Notes: generated by a model not told the origin, from the sequence alone. Shown: positions 1-11,414, counted from the first letter of the stretch. The stretch: 64,000 bases of DNA from Candidatus Hikarchaeia archaeon HikBin5 (GCA_009889625.1 WTZU01000004.1:1588-65587); one strand, 5' to 3'. Numbers and translations are program-made.

Positions 1-855
1 CTCAACAACGATTTAATTCTGGCAGGAGTTGCAGCCGAAACTGGAAAAGCGGAGATTGATCAATATCAAGGTCCTCGCTACCGCGGTCATGGCATTGGAA
101 CTCAACAATTACTCAATGCGGGGGTGACTTCAGATTACGCGGTTGTAGTCGAAAGTTCACGTATGTTGGTAAATTGGGCTTTGCCTGGGGTTCTCTATCT
201 TAAACTAACTGTAAAGGGCCACCCTGCATACATACCTTATATTGACAATTCCCGCCATCCTATCTATAAGGCACTGCCTATCATCGATGCGATACGAGAA
301 TGGGGTGAGCAATACACCAAAGATAACATTTACACATATTCTGGCGCGGATGGAAAACCACGGGGCGAGATCCGACCAAATGTAAATGTTGGTTCTATCA
401 GGGCTGGTGCTCCTCCTAAACCAAATTACCAACCCGCAGTATTGAATATGTATGTCGATATTCGAACCTCTCCTGCCCGATTACCTCAAGATGTGGATAG
501 GGAATTCCGTGCCTTTGTTCGGAGCCTCGACCCCGAAATTGAAATTGTAACATATCGATCTCAGACTGGATCTGCCCCCGAAGCAACATTTGTCGAAGAT
601 CTAACCAATCACATAGAAAATTCATATCGAACTGTGTATCAAACAGATCCGATACCCCTCCATTGGGAGCAGCATAGCAGATGGCACGATGTTATCATCT
701 ATCACGAACATGGAATCCCTTGCGTCAAGTGTGGACCTGGACCTGGACCTGAGGGATCTGACTACACTCGAAGATCTTTAAGCCCCGAAGAACTAGTACA
801 GGCGGCAAAAATGTATGCATCAGCCGCTTTATCCATTTGCAAAGTCGCCGAATAG
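1..855 (+). CDS. M20/ArgE/DapE-family metallo-amidohydrolase (5'-truncated by window edge)
   Basis: Frame is open from base 1 (LNNDLILAGVAAETGK...GIGTQQLL...DYAVVVE). It shows the M20 dimerisation-domain pattern (LKLTVKGHPAY, NVGSIRAG, VDIRT) and a C-terminal GIPCVKCGPG...EELVQAAKMY. Confidence 0.8.
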   Translation, partial: LNNDLILAGVAAETGKAEIDQYQGPRYRGHGIGTQQLLNAGVTSDYAVVVESSRMLVNWALPGVLYLKLTVKGHPAYIPYIDNSRHPIYKALPIIDAIREWGEQYTKDNIYTYSGADGKPRGEIRPNVNVGSIRAGAPPKPNYQPAVLNMYVDIRTSPARLPQDVDREFRAFVRSLDPEIEIVTYRSQTGSAPEATFVEDLTNHIENSYRTVYQTDPIPLHWEQHSRWHDVIIYHEHGIPCVKCGPGPGPEGSDYTRRSLSPEELVQAAKMYASAALSICKVAE

Positions 856-929
856 AGCATTAATTCATTTGAAAATTAATAGGAATTTGAACTCCAAAAA
901 GTTACCAGGAGCCGAACCCCTCGTAAGAT

Positions 930-1002
930 CGCCTCGGCCGGGATTTGAACCCGAGTCACGACCGTGACAGGGTCGTATGATAGGCCACTACACCACCGAG
1001 GC
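930..1002 (-). tRNA. tRNA-Asp (GTC)
   Basis: Reverse complement GCCTCGG...CGACC-CTGTCAC-GGTCG...GGTTCAAATCC...CCGAGGCG folds into a cloverleaf with anticodon GTC. CCA is not encoded. Confidence 0.97.
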
Positions 1003-1268
1003 TTGTGTATCGCTATCCGATTTTAATCGACAGCGCTGCAAGCTACCCCACATTTAAACTTAAAACTTTGCAAAAAAATTTTCAGATATGGAGAAACTAT
1101 TTGTATGTCGAGTCCCCACACTTAGACATCGATGGGCGCAGTTAGCCCATCTCCCTCCCCCCCCATTAGCTGTGCGTTTGTTTTAACAAGTTTTAAATGG
1201 GTGCTCTCCTTATATTAGTGCAGTCTTTCGTGAGCAACGTCTCTCAACCCCCAACTTTAAAAGCAACT

Positions 1269-1496
1269 ATGTCAGATAGATCTAATCATAAACTTGTACC
1301 TTTACATGAACGCTTAGAAGATGAAGAAGCACATTCTCTACTCGAGGAATATCGTATCTCTCTAACCGATCTCCCAAAAATACGAATCTCCGATGCTGCA
1401 TTACCTCCTGGTGTCTCAATAGGCGATGTAATCAGAATCACTAGGGATTCTCGGACAATTGAAAAAGCAATAGCATACAGGGTGGTGGTCGAATGA
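1269..1496 (+). CDS. rpoH: DNA-directed RNA polymerase subunit H (Rpo5)
   Basis: HKLVPLHERL...LPKIRISDAAL...GDVIRITRDSRT...YRVVVE; first gene of the rpo operon. ATG 1269 is preferred over the longer ORF start at 1197. Confidence 0.95.
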   Translation: MSDRSNHKLVPLHERLEDEEAHSLLEEYRISLTDLPKIRISDAALPPGVSIGDVIRITRDSRTIEKAIAYRVVVE

Positions 1497-3067
1497 AACT
1501 CACCAATGAGGACAGAAGGGCTCTATCTGAGTCATATTTCTCAAAAACCCGCCTCGCAGAACACCATTTCCGCTCTTTCAACGCATTCATTGAACACGGA
1601 ATGCAAGATGTGGTTTCTGAAAAACGTGTAATTGAGACTGACATTGGAGACAAAGGAGATGTCCCTCCCATTTATGTCGAACTAGGGAATATAAGAGTGA
1701 CAACTCCTCGTGTAAGAGAAGCAGATGGATCAGAAGAATTGCTATATCCTCAGGAAGCCCGACTAAGGAATCTTACCTATTCTGCTCCTTTATTCATGGA
1801 AATGAGCATCTTACAGGGACGTGGAGACCATGCCAAAGTCTTAGATGAAGCAGAAATCAAAATCGGCAGAATGCCTATTATGCTCAGGTCTAGTGTCTGT
1901 AATATCTCTAATTTTTCTCACGAAGAGCTAATAGAAATTGGAGAAGATCCTGAAGATCCTGGTGGCTATTTCATAGTAAATGGATCTGAACGTGTTCTAA
2001 TGACCTCCGAAGACCTATCTCCTAACAAAATCATAGCCGAATACGATTCTCGATATGGCGACCAAATCCAAGTGGCAAAGACGTTCAGCCAACGAAGAGG
2101 ATATCGCGCATTAGTACTCGTTGAACGCTCCCGAGATGGTATTCTCGAAGTCAATTTCCCTAGCATCTCTGGTTTTGTGAACTTTGTCACATTAGTGCGG
2201 GCACTCGGACTAGAGAGCGACGAAGAAATTGTCAAGAGGGTCTCAGATGACCCTGAAATTATCAAATTCATGTTAGAAAATCTAGAGGAGGCCACTGTAC
2301 AAACCCACGAAGAAGCAATTCAAAAATTAGGCAGCAGAGTAGCAAGTGGACAGGGAAGAAATTATCAATTAAAACGTGCAACATATATTATCGATCGTTA
2401 TCTATTACCTCATTTACATCAATCTGGATTTTCAGACGAGGATACTCGTATTGCTAAAGCGTATTATCTCTGTCGAATGGCAGAAGCCTGCTTTGAACTT
2501 GCATTAGGAAGACGTGCCCCTGATGATAAAGACCATTACTCGAATAAACGTTTGAAAGTATCTGGGGATTTAATGCAAGATTTATTTAGAACGGCATTAA
2601 ACAAACTCGCCCGGGATGTCAAATATCAGCTAGAGCGAGCACACATGCGAAATCGAAATCTAACCGTCAGTACTGTCGTAAGATCGGACGTCCTCACCGA
2701 GAGACTAGAACACCCACTAGCCACCGGAAATTGGGTAGGGGGCAGGTCTGGAGTTTCACAACTAGTTGACCGGACTGATTTCATGGGTGTCCTCTCACAT
2801 CTGCGAAGACTAAGAAGTCCACTTTCACGCAGCCAACCACATTTCGAAGCCCGAGATCTCCATGCTACTCAATGGGGTCGAATCTGTCCTTCTGAGACTC
2901 CCGAGGGACCAAATTGTGGTCTAGTAAAGAATTTCGCACAGGCAATGGAACTCTCCCAGTCTGTACCTGATGGAGATAAACTTGTACAAGAACTCTTTTC
3001 ACTCGGGGTAAACCGACTCCCTGGATTCGCCGAATTAAATCCAAACTTAGAGGAGGAGGCATCTTAA
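1493..3067 (+). CDS. rpoB2: DNA-directed RNA polymerase subunit B'' (Rpo2N)
   Basis: [54 protein letters not shown]. Confidence 0.98.
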   Translation: MKLTNEDRRALSESYFSKTRLAEHHFRSFNAFIEHGMQDVVSEKRVIETDIGDKGDVPPIYVELGNIRVTTPRVREADGSEELLYPQEARLRNLTYSAPLFMEMSILQGRGDHAKVLDEAEIKIGRMPIMLRSSVCNISNFSHEELIEIGEDPEDPGGYFIVNGSERVLMTSEDLSPNKIIAEYDSRYGDQIQVAKTFSQRRGYRALVLVERSRDGILEVNFPSISGFVNFVTLVRALGLESDEEIVKRVSDDPEIIKFMLENLEEATVQTHEEAIQKLGSRVASGQGRNYQLKRATYIIDRYLLPHLHQSGFSDEDTRIAKAYYLCRMAEACFELALGRRAPDDKDHYSNKRLKVSGDLMQDLFRTALNKLARDVKYQLERAHMRNRNLTVSTVVRSDVLTERLEHPLATGNWVGGRSGVSQLVDRTDFMGVLSHLRRLRSPLSRSQPHFEARDLHATQWGRICPSETPEGPNCGLVKNFAQAMELSQSVPDGDKLVQELFSLGVNRLPGFAELNPNLEEEAS

Positions 3068-3069
3068 TA

Positions 3070-4893
3070 ATGGCAAGAGAAGCAAAAGTTTACTTAAGTG
3101 GTAGTCTCATTGGGACTCACCCAAAACCAAAGGTTCTCGTATCTCGACTAAGAGAACTTCGGAGAAATAATTCCATGAGTGGCATGGTAAATGTTTCTTA
3201 TAATGCTGGGACGAATGAAGTCATAGTCAATGCAGATGCTGGCCGGGCTAGGAGGCCCCTTTTAGTTGTCAAAGATGGAGAACTAGTCATCACTCGAGAA
3301 GAAATGGATTTATTCCACTCAGGAGAAATCACCTTCCTCGAGTTAAGCACTAATGGGAGGATCGAGTTCATAGATGCAGAAGAAGAAGAGGACTTGTTGG
3401 TGGCGCTCAACGAAAAAGAAATCACTCCCGAAACTACACATATGGAAATTGATCCGCAGCTCATTTTTGGAATAGGGGCTGGAATGGTTCCTTACCCTGA
3501 ACATAATGCATCTCCTCGAATTACGATGGGATCTGGTATGATGAAACAATCTCTAGGCATGTGTGCGGCAAATTATCGAATTAGACCTGACACTAGACAA
3601 CATTTACTTCAATATCCGCAGCTTGCTCTAGTAACTACTCAAACCTCCCAGCAAATTGGATATGACGATCGTCCAGCGGCACAAAACTTTGTTGTTGCAG
3701 TCATGTCATATGAAGGTTTCAATATAGAAGATGCTCTAGTTATGAACCGAGGATCAATCGAACGGGCACTAGGTAGGTCTCACTTTTTCAGGACATATGA
3801 AGGTGCAGAACGGAGATATCCTGGTGGCCAAGAAGACCGATTCGAAATACCCGATCAAGAAATTAGAGGGGCAAGAGGGGAGGAGTCTTATACTCATTTG
3901 GCAGAAGATGGTATCATTGAACCAGAAACTATTGTAAATGAAAATGATGTTCTGCTGGGAAAAACTTCACCTCCTCGATTTTTAGAAGAACCCAATGATA
4001 TGGGTGGCCTCTCCCCTCAAAAAAGGAGAGAGACTAGTGTAACTATGAGATCTGGAGAAAAGGGTATTGTCGACACAGTAACTCTGATGGAAGGTGATGA
4101 TGGATCTAAATTGGCCAAGGTCAGTGTCCGCGACGAGCGGATACCCGAACTAGGTGATAAATTTGCATCTCGTCATGGTCAGAAAGGGGTGTTGGGCCAT
4201 CTAGCTCCTCAGGAAGATATGCCTTTCACTAGCGAAGGCGTAGTGCCCGACTTAGTCATAAATCCACATGCACTCCCCTCTCGAATGACTGTCGGACATG
4301 TCCTCGAGATGCTAGGTGGAAAAGTAGGCTCTCTTGAAGGCCGAAGAGTCAATGGAACTGCCTTCACAGGAGAAGACGGAGATAGCCTTAGAAACTCACT
4401 CGAAGAACATGGTTTCATGTCTTCCGGAAAAGAAACAATGCATTCTGGTGTTACTGGGGAAAAAATTCAAGCTGATATCTTCGTTGGGGTTATATTGTAC
4501 CATAAACTGTACCATATGGTCAGCAATAAATTACATTCAAGGTCTCGTGGACCCGTCCAAGTTTTAACCCGTCAACCAACCGAAGGTAGGGCCAGGGAAG
4601 GTGGACTCCGTGTGGGTGAAATGGAACGGGATGTACTCATCGGACATGGGGCTGCACTTACTTTGAAAGAACGTTTATTGGACGAATCAGACCGCGAGTC
4701 AATTCCAATTTGTGGTTCCTGTGGTATGGTTGCAATAGAACATAGGGCACATCGCCGAGTATATTGCCCCAATTGCGGCGAAGAAACAGACGTACATGAT
4801 GTGGAGCTGAGTTACGCGTTTAAATTACTCCTAGATGAAATGAAAGCACTTGGAATTTCCCCACGATTACAACTAGATTATTCGGTTTACTGA
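3070..4893 (+). CDS. rpoB1: DNA-directed RNA polymerase subunit B' (Rpo2C)
   Basis: [44 protein letters not shown]-terminal Zn finger. Confidence 0.98.
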   Translation: MAREAKVYLSGSLIGTHPKPKVLVSRLRELRRNNSMSGMVNVSYNAGTNEVIVNADAGRARRPLLVVKDGELVITREEMDLFHSGEITFLELSTNGRIEFIDAEEEEDLLVALNEKEITPETTHMEIDPQLIFGIGAGMVPYPEHNASPRITMGSGMMKQSLGMCAANYRIRPDTRQHLLQYPQLALVTTQTSQQIGYDDRPAAQNFVVAVMSYEGFNIEDALVMNRGSIERALGRSHFFRTYEGAERRYPGGQEDRFEIPDQEIRGARGEESYTHLAEDGIIEPETIVNENDVLLGKTSPPRFLEEPNDMGGLSPQKRRETSVTMRSGEKGIVDTVTLMEGDDGSKLAKVSVRDERIPELGDKFASRHGQKGVLGHLAPQEDMPFTSEGVVPDLVINPHALPSRMTVGHVLEMLGGKVGSLEGRRVNGTAFTGEDGDSLRNSLEEHGFMSSGKETMHSGVTGEKIQADIFVGVILYHKLYHMVSNKLHSRSRGPVQVLTRQPTEGRAREGGLRVGEMERDVLIGHGAALTLKERLLDESDRESIPICGSCGMVAIEHRAHRRVYCPNCGEETDVHDVELSYAFKLLLDEMKALGISPRLQLDYSVY

Positions 4894-4899
4894 TAACTT

Positions 4900-7821
4900 A
4901 TGAGAACACTACAAACACCAAAAGAAATTAAATCAATCAGCTTCGGACTGATGGACCCCGATGAATATCGAGAAATGTCTGCAACTAAGGTTATTACTGC
5001 AGATACCTACGACGACGATGGGTTCCCCATTGATATGGGTTTGATGGACCCTCGATTGGGTGTAATTGACCCTGGTTTGGAATGTCGAACATGTGGCCAG
5101 AGAGCAGGATCTTGTAATGGTCATTTTGGCCATATCGAGCTAGCAGCACCCGTCATACATGTCAGCTTTTCAAAACTCATCCGAAGGCTTCTCAGAGCAA
5201 CTTGTAGAAAATGCTCCCGAATCTGCTTGACAGAAGAAGAAAAATCCAGCGTTATAGAACAATACAAACGTGCCCGGGAATTAATGCATTCGGCAGAAAC
5301 TGTAGCAAAAGATGTCGTTAGAATGACAAAAAAACATGACTGTTGTCCCCACCCCGATTGCGGCGCACAACAATACGATATCCAGCACGAAAAACCCACT
5401 ACTTTTTACGAAGTACAAGATGTTCTTTCAACTGATTATTCCAATCTAATCCTCAATGCCATGCAACCTGATCCAGAAGATGAGGATTCAGTTGGACTTT
5501 CCCCTTCTGAACTAGCAGAATCAACAAAAATTCCTCTAGATCGCATCAACCAAATAATATCTGGGGAATTCCGCCCACTAGAAGAAGATAGAATTGCAAT
5601 TCAAAAGGTACTCAAAATAGATCTAACCGTAAAAGACGCGAATAAATTAATGCCCTCTGAAATCCGTGATTGGTTTGAAGACATACCTAACGAGGATTTA
5701 GAAGTACTAGGTATTGATTATTCCAATTCTAGGCCCGAATGGATGATTTTAACTGTTCTTCCGGTACCTCCTGTCACTACCCGGCCATCAATAACTTTGG
5801 ACAATGGACAAAGATCTGAAGATGATCTGACGCATAAACTTGTGGACATAATCCGAATCAATCAACGTTTCATGGAAAATAGAGAAGCTGGGGCGCCGCA
5901 ATTAATCATTGAAGATCTTTGGGAGTTGCTACAATACCACGTAACTACTTTCATGGATAATGAGATTTCTGGAACTCCTCCTGCCCGCCATAGATCCGGT
6001 CGGCCACTAAAAACCCTTTCCCAGAGATTAAAAGGGAAAGAAGGTAGATTCCGTGGCAGCCTCTCTGGAAAACGTGTCAATTTCTCTGCACGTACTGTGA
6101 TTAGTCCCGATCCAACTCTCTCTTTAAATGAGGTCGGCGTCCCCGAACCCGTCGCAATTGAAATGACGCAAACTATGATCATAAACGATTCTAATATCGA
6201 ACGTGCACGTCTCTATGTGCACAATGGGCCTTTTGTTCATCCTGGCGCAAATTATGTCACACGTGAGGATGGAAGGAGACTTAAAGTAACTGAGAAAAAT
6301 TGTGCGGAACTCTCTGAAAGAATTGAGGCCGGCTGGACCGTCAACCGCCATTTAATCGATGGAGATATCGTTCTATTCAATCGGCAACCTTCCTTACATC
6401 GAATGTCTATCATGGCACATGAAGTTGTAGTCATGCCGTATAAAACCTTCAGACTTAACACAGTCGTCTGTCCTCCTTATAATGCTGATTTCGACGGGGA
6501 TGAAATGAATTTGCATGCTCTACAGAATGAAGAAGCACGGGCAGAAGCACGTGTGCTTATGAGGGTACAAGAACAAATACTCTCTCCCCGCTTTGGAGAA
6601 AATATTATCGGAGCAATTCAAGATCACATCACTGGAACTTATCTCTTAACTCACGAAAATCCTAGTTTCAATGAAACCCAATCATTGGATTTACTCCGAA
6701 CTACAAGTATTGATGAGCTCCCACCTGCAGATTTCGTAGGAGAAGATGGACTAGACCGGTGGTATGGAAGGACAATTTTTTCTGAACTTTTACCTCCTCA
6801 ACTAGATCTAGAATTCTCTTCTTCTGTCGGAGATACCGTTGTTATCCAAAGTGGTCAGTTAATAGGTGGTACGATAGATGAGAAAGCAATCGGTGCATTT
6901 GGAGGTGTCATCGTCGACAAAATTTTCAAAGAATTCGGTTCTAATCGTGCAAGAATATTCATCAACGAAGTATCTGGATTAGCAATGCGATCTATAATGC
7001 ATTTTGGATTCTCTATTGGAATCGACGACGAATCTATCCCAAAAACAGCACAAGGAGAAATCGACAAAGCAATTTTGGAAGCTCACCAAGAAGTAGCAAA
7101 TTTAATTCAATCTTATGAAGATGGAGAACTAGAGACACTTCCTGGTAGAGATGAGCTAGAAACACTTGAACTAAAGATAATGGGTGTTTTGGGAGAAACA
7201 AGAAATACCGCAGGAACTATTGCAGAGCAAAATTTCCCTGATATAAATCCTGCAGTTATCATGGCTCAATCTGGGGCAAGAGGGTCTCTGCTTAATCTAA
7301 CTCAAATGTCGGCAGCAGTTGGTCAGCAAGCTGTTCGGGGAGAGCGCATAAACCGTGGTTTTGAAGACAGAACTCTTAGCCATTACCCTCGAAATGATCT
7401 CACAGCACCTGCACGCGGATTTGTTGAAAATTCCTATACAACCGGACTAACTCCAACAGAATTTTTCTTCCATGCAATGGGGGGCCGAGAAGGACTAGTG
7501 GATACTGCCGTTCGAACTTCCAAATCTGGTTACCTCCAACGTAGGTTAATCAATGCGCTTTCTGAACTTGAAGTCCAATACGATGGGACAATTAGGGACA
7601 GCAACGATAGAATTGTTCAATTCGAATTTGGTGAAGATGGACTTTCTCCAACTCTAGTTTCTCACAATAGTGAATTTTCTATCAACGTCCCTGAAATTGC
7701 CCAAAGAATTCTTAATCCAGAACACCAGTCCGCGCAAACCGAAGGTGTTGGATTCAGTGTTCGATCAGATGGGCCCACTCAACTTTCTGAACATGAAGAT
7801 TCCCAAAAAGGAGGCAATTAA
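4900..7821 (+). CDS. rpoA1: DNA-directed RNA polymerase subunit A' (Rpo1N)
   Basis: Catalytic [39 protein letters not shown]. Carries an internal HTH-like insertion. Confidence 0.99.
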   Translation: MRTLQTPKEIKSISFGLMDPDEYREMSATKVITADTYDDDGFPIDMGLMDPRLGVIDPGLECRTCGQRAGSCNGHFGHIELAAPVIHVSFSKLIRRLLRATCRKCSRICLTEEEKSSVIEQYKRARELMHSAETVAKDVVRMTKKHDCCPHPDCGAQQYDIQHEKPTTFYEVQDVLSTDYSNLILNAMQPDPEDEDSVGLSPSELAESTKIPLDRINQIISGEFRPLEEDRIAIQKVLKIDLTVKDANKLMPSEIRDWFEDIPNEDLEVLGIDYSNSRPEWMILTVLPVPPVTTRPSITLDNGQRSEDDLTHKLVDIIRINQRFMENREAGAPQLIIEDLWELLQYHVTTFMDNEISGTPPARHRSGRPLKTLSQRLKGKEGRFRGSLSGKRVNFSARTVISPDPTLSLNEVGVPEPVAIEMTQTMIINDSNIERARLYVHNGPFVHPGANYVTREDGRRLKVTEKNCAELSERIEAGWTVNRHLIDGDIVLFNRQPSLHRMSIMAHEVVVMPYKTFRLNTVVCPPYNADFDGDEMNLHALQNEEARAEARVLMRVQEQILSPRFGENIIGAIQDHITGTYLLTHENPSFNETQSLDLLRTTSIDELPPADFVGEDGLDRWYGRTIFSELLPPQLDLEFSSSVGDTVVIQSGQLIGGTIDEKAIGAFGGVIVDKIFKEFGSNRARIFINEVSGLAMRSIMHFGFSIGIDDESIPKTAQGEIDKAILEAHQEVANLIQSYEDGELETLPGRDELETLELKIMGVLGETRNTAGTIAEQNFPDINPAVIMAQSGARGSLLNLTQMSAAVGQQAVRGERINRGFEDRTLSHYPRNDLTAPARGFVENSYTTGLTPTEFFFHAMGGREGLVDTAVRTSKSGYLQRRLINALSELEVQYDGTIRDSNDRIVQFEFGEDGLSPTLVSHNSEFSINVPEIAQRILNPEHQSAQTEGVGFSVRSDGPTQLSEHEDSQKGGN

Positions 7822-7823
7822 TA

Positions 7824-9257
7824 ATGGCAAACGTAACACCAGCAATACAAGAAATAATAAACTCCAAAGATCTCCCCGTCCGACTTAAAGAAGAGTTATT
7901 CTCTACATTTCAAGATTTGGAAAAAGTCACCAAAACACAAGCAAAATCTATAGCGGATGAAGTCGAATTGGTTTATCTCCGATCCAGAGTGGAACCACTC
8001 GAACCTGTCGGAACCGTTTCCGCACAAAGTATTGGGGAGCCTGGAACTCAAATGACAATGAACACCTTCCACTATGCAGGCGTTGCCGAGATCGATGTAA
8101 CTCAAGGTCTCCCACGTTTAATCGAGCTAGTGGACGCTCGCCGAAATCCAAAAACCCCTACTATGACAATATATTTGGAGGATGAGTATGCACAAGACCA
8201 AGAAAAAGCATACTCGGTAGTTTGGGAAATTGAATCATCCCCCTTGATAGCTCTTGGGACCATATCTACCGATCTAGTCGAGATGCACCTCAAACTTAGT
8301 CTAAATAAACAAACCTTGATCTCTCGAGGAATGAAACCAGAACATATTGCAGCAACAATAGGGGAAAAATTAGATGTGACAATAACTAGAAAAGGACACA
8401 AAATCATCGTCGCACCCAATACTGCCACATTCAGAGAATTGCTCCAATTAGTCTCTACACTTAGAACTTTGGTGTTTAAAGGAATTGAATCTATAGACCG
8501 AGTAGTACTTAGGAAAGAAACACTCGAAAAAGAAGAAGGAGAATATGTTCTTTATACTGAAGGTTCTGCCCTTGAAAAAGTTCTCAAAATAGAAGGTGTA
8601 GATGCTACTAGGACCACTACCAATAATGTCCATGAAATAAACCAAACTCTGGGCATTGAGGCCGCTAGAGAAGCAATCATAAATGAGACAAAAGACACCT
8701 TAGATGGACAAGGTCTGGATGATGTTAATGTTAGACATTTAATGCTAGTTGCTGATATGATGACCCATTCTGGATCTATTAAATCTATAGGGCGGCATGG
8801 TGTATCTGGAACCAAAGGATCCGTTCTTGCCCGGGCCGCATTCGAAGTAACCGTGAACCATCTAATCGAGGCCGCGGTATATGGGGAAAGAGATGATCTC
8901 CATGGGGTAACTGAAAATGTCATTGTAGGAAAACCAATCCGATTGGGAACTGGGGATGTTCAACTTCGAATGAATCACGGATCTCATGTACCTCCTGGTT
9001 TGAAAAAGAAAACCAAACCAAAATCAATTCCAAAAACCAAACCTGCTACTGAAAGTCCATCTACTGAGGAACCAATATTCAATTTAACAGATCTTCCTGG
9101 CGTTGGTCCAAAGAAAGCAGAAATATTGTCAGAAGCAGGATTCAATACTATAGAATCTCTTTCTGAAGCAACAGAAGATGATCTATGCGCCTTATCTGGG
9201 ATAAGTGCTTCTTATGCACAACAGCTTAAATCTACAATCGAAACGCTTCTAAAATGA
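7824..9257 (+). CDS. rpoA2: DNA-directed RNA polymerase subunit A'' (Rpo1C) with C-terminal helix-hairpin-helix extension
   Basis: [17 protein letters not shown] and [17 protein letters not shown] 94-aa tail follows residue ~383, with a K/P linker and LPGVGPKKA...LSGISASYA. Confidence 0.97.
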   Translation: MANVTPAIQEIINSKDLPVRLKEELFSTFQDLEKVTKTQAKSIADEVELVYLRSRVEPLEPVGTVSAQSIGEPGTQMTMNTFHYAGVAEIDVTQGLPRLIELVDARRNPKTPTMTIYLEDEYAQDQEKAYSVVWEIESSPLIALGTISTDLVEMHLKLSLNKQTLISRGMKPEHIAATIGEKLDVTITRKGHKIIVAPNTATFRELLQLVSTLRTLVFKGIESIDRVVLRKETLEKEEGEYVLYTEGSALEKVLKIEGVDATRTTTNNVHEINQTLGIEAAREAIINETKDTLDGQGLDDVNVRHLMLVADMMTHSGSIKSIGRHGVSGTKGSVLARAAFEVTVNHLIEAAVYGERDDLHGVTENVIVGKPIRLGTGDVQLRMNHGSHVPPGLKKKTKPKSIPKTKPATESPSTEEPIFNLTDLPGVGPKKAEILSEAGFNTIESLSEATEDDLCALSGISASYAQQLKSTIETLLK

Positions 9258-9336
9258 AAATAAAAAATAATACTATATATAAAAATATAAAAGAAAGGTC
9301 TTTAAATATGTACACTCGAGGAACAATTCAATAATA

Positions 9337-9765
9337 ATGTCTAACGGTAAATACGCAGCAAGAAAACTAAAGCAAGATCGCCAAAAACAAAGGTGGTCCA
9401 AGCCAACATACGCAAGACGGAAGAAGGGCCTAGGGAAAAAATCAGACCCTTTGGAAGGCGCTCCCCAGGGACGGGGAATTGTCTTAGAAAAAGTAGGCAT
9501 TGAAGCAAAACAGCCAAACTCCGCAATACGAAAGTGTGTCCGGGTCCAATTAATTAAAAACGGAAAGCAAGTAACTGCATTTTGCCCTGGGAATGCTGCC
9601 ATATCGTTCATTGATGAACATGATGAAGTTCTTATTTCTGGAATTGGAGGTGCAACCGGGAGGACCATGGGGGATCTTTCTGGTGTGAATTATAAAGTAG
9701 AACAAGTCAATGGTGTTAGCCTTCTTGAAATGGTTAGGGGCAACCGGGAGAAACCAGTACGCTGA
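9337..9765 (+). CDS. rps12: 30S ribosomal protein S12 (uS12)
   Basis: [24 protein letters not shown]. Confidence 0.99.
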   Translation: MSNGKYAARKLKQDRQKQRWSKPTYARRKKGLGKKSDPLEGAPQGRGIVLEKVGIEAKQPNSAIRKCVRVQLIKNGKQVTAFCPGNAAISFIDEHDEVLISGIGGATGRTMGDLSGVNYKVEQVNGVSLLEMVRGNREKPVR

Positions 9766-9767
9766 TC

Positions 9768-10382
9768 ATGGAAGAAGAAGCACAAAACAACGATTCTTTT
9801 GCGGAAGAACCAAACGTTCTATTGCCTCTGTCCGATCTATTTGGAAAATGGAGTCTTCAAGAGATAGAACACGCCGATATAGGTCTCCAACGTTATATCG
9901 TCCTCGACTCCTTTTCCGATTCTCGTGGAAAACACTCTGCAAAACAATTCCAAAAATCCGAGGTTAGTTCATTAGAACGGCTATCCAATCGAATAATGTC
10001 TCCCGGAAAGAATTCTGGAAAAAAACAAAAAGCATCTCAGATACTCAAAGATTCATTCGATCTAATTCACACAAAAACCGAAGAAAATCCTGTTCAGATT
10101 TTCGTCCGTGCCATTGAGAATGCTGCCCCTCGTGAAGAGACTGTCCGATTAAAGTACGGGGGTGTATCAGTTCCAAAAGCTGTAGACGTTTCCCCTCAAC
10201 GGAGGGTAGATTTGGCTATAAAGTTCCTTGCAGAAGGAACTAGGAGTGCTTCTTTCAAAAAGAAAACTTCTGCACATCAGGCACTCGCGGCACAATTAAT
10301 TGGAGCTGCAGAATATGATGCATCTACTTATGCAATCCGTCACAAAGAAGAGAAAGAGAGAGTTGCAGCCGCAGCTCGATAA
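9768..10382 (+). CDS. rps7: 30S ribosomal protein S7 (uS7)
   Basis: ENPVQIFVRAIENAAPREE...AVDVSPQRRVD...KEEKERVAAAAR. Confidence 0.98.
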   Translation: MEEEAQNNDSFAEEPNVLLPLSDLFGKWSLQEIEHADIGLQRYIVLDSFSDSRGKHSAKQFQKSEVSSLERLSNRIMSPGKNSGKKQKASQILKDSFDLIHTKTEENPVQIFVRAIENAAPREETVRLKYGGVSVPKAVDVSPQRRVDLAIKFLAEGTRSASFKKKTSAHQALAAQLIGAAEYDASTYAIRHKEEKERVAAAAR

Positions 10383-10451
10383 TTCTCAAAATTAAGTTAT
10401 ATTTCAAATCCGTTATTTGATAACAGCCCAATTCTAATCTTATGTTGAATA

Positions 10452-11396
10452 ATGACCACTTTAATTATTGGGGCATCTGGCTTCATTGGAATTGATTTAG
10501 CTAATCACTTAGCAGATATGGACAATGACGTAGTGTGTATGGACGTCTCCCCAAATGAAATTTTAAATCACCCCTCCATTGAACTAGTTCAAGGAGATGT
10601 CACCGATTATGAATACCTCTCTAATCTGATCGATACAAAAAACATTGAAAAGATTGTTAACTTATCAGCAATTGTAGGTGGGGCTTCTCATAAATTTCCA
10701 ACAAAAGCGGTAGCAGTAAATTGTATGGGATTTGACAATGTCCTTCGTGCAGCCGTTGAACACAATGTCTCTCGGGTAGTTTGGACAAGTACATATGGTA
10801 TTTATGGAAAATCATATGATTATCCTGATGGACATACCATCACAGAAGAATCAAAACCACTTCCCTCTTATTATCGATATCCAAATGAAACTCTTTACGC
10901 TGCGACCAAACAATTAAATGAGCACCAGTCTCTTGTTTATGCAACCAATCACGGATTAAGTGTTCACGGAGTTAGACCTAGCTTAGTATTTGGCCCTGGA
11001 AGAATTCGTGGATATATAACCTCTCCCGGAAGGAAATTCATGTGGGCAGCAGAATTTGTGCAAAAAGCCGTAGCAGGAGAGGTGTGTACAATAGATCTTT
11101 CACCCGACGATCAACTCAACATGGTGTATGTAAATGACGCAGTCCGTTTAATAAGTTTAATTTTAGACGCCAAATCTCCTTCCTATCCTGTTTATAATAC
11201 TGGGGGGCATACAATTTCTGTCCGGGATCTGGCAATACTTATCGAAGAACTCACTGGTACTTCTGCTACTTGGAATGAGGGTGCAAAACCATGGGGGCGG
11301 CCACCAATTGTAAGTCATTCTCGGGCGGCCGAAGACTTTGGTTACGAATTGACTCCATTGTCTGATTCCATATCCGATTATATCTCTCGAGTATAA
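10452..11396 (+). CDS. NAD-dependent epimerase/dehydratase (extended SDR)
   Basis: GASGFIG nucleotide-binding motif, YAATK catalytic motif, RPSLVFGPG. Confidence 0.9.
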   Translation: MTTLIIGASGFIGIDLANHLADMDNDVVCMDVSPNEILNHPSIELVQGDVTDYEYLSNLIDTKNIEKIVNLSAIVGGASHKFPTKAVAVNCMGFDNVLRAAVEHNVSRVVWTSTYGIYGKSYDYPDGHTITEESKPLPSYYRYPNETLYAATKQLNEHQSLVYATNHGLSVHGVRPSLVFGPGRIRGYITSPGRKFMWAAEFVQKAVAGEVCTIDLSPDDQLNMVYVNDAVRLISLILDAKSPSYPVYNTGGHTISVRDLAILIEELTGTSATWNEGAKPWGRPPIVSHSRAAEDFGYELTPLSDSISDYISRV

Positions 11397-11414
11397 CTAT
11401 TATTTTTTTATTTC

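Noticed and set aside
733-751. GGACCT x3 microrepeat (GPGPGP) as a phase-variation tract
   Set aside because: The 6-bp unit is in frame and extends the normal M20 GPG motif; no switching is implied.
882-914. T-arm-like sequence (minus strand GGAGTTCAAATTCC) just downstream of tRNA-Asp as an att-site or tRNA relic
   Set aside because: The stem is imperfect, it does not match the tRNA-Asp 3' end, and no integrase is present; probably chance.
1197-1268. N-terminal extension of RpoH from the ORF track
   Set aside because: It overlaps the probable promoter/leader; ATG 1269 gives the normal ~75-aa Rpo5.
4900-9257. Inteins in RpoA'/RpoA''
   Set aside because: No Hint motifs (C/S start, HN-C/S/T end) or LAGLIDADG motifs. 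The extra length is explained by the HTH insertion and the HhH tail.
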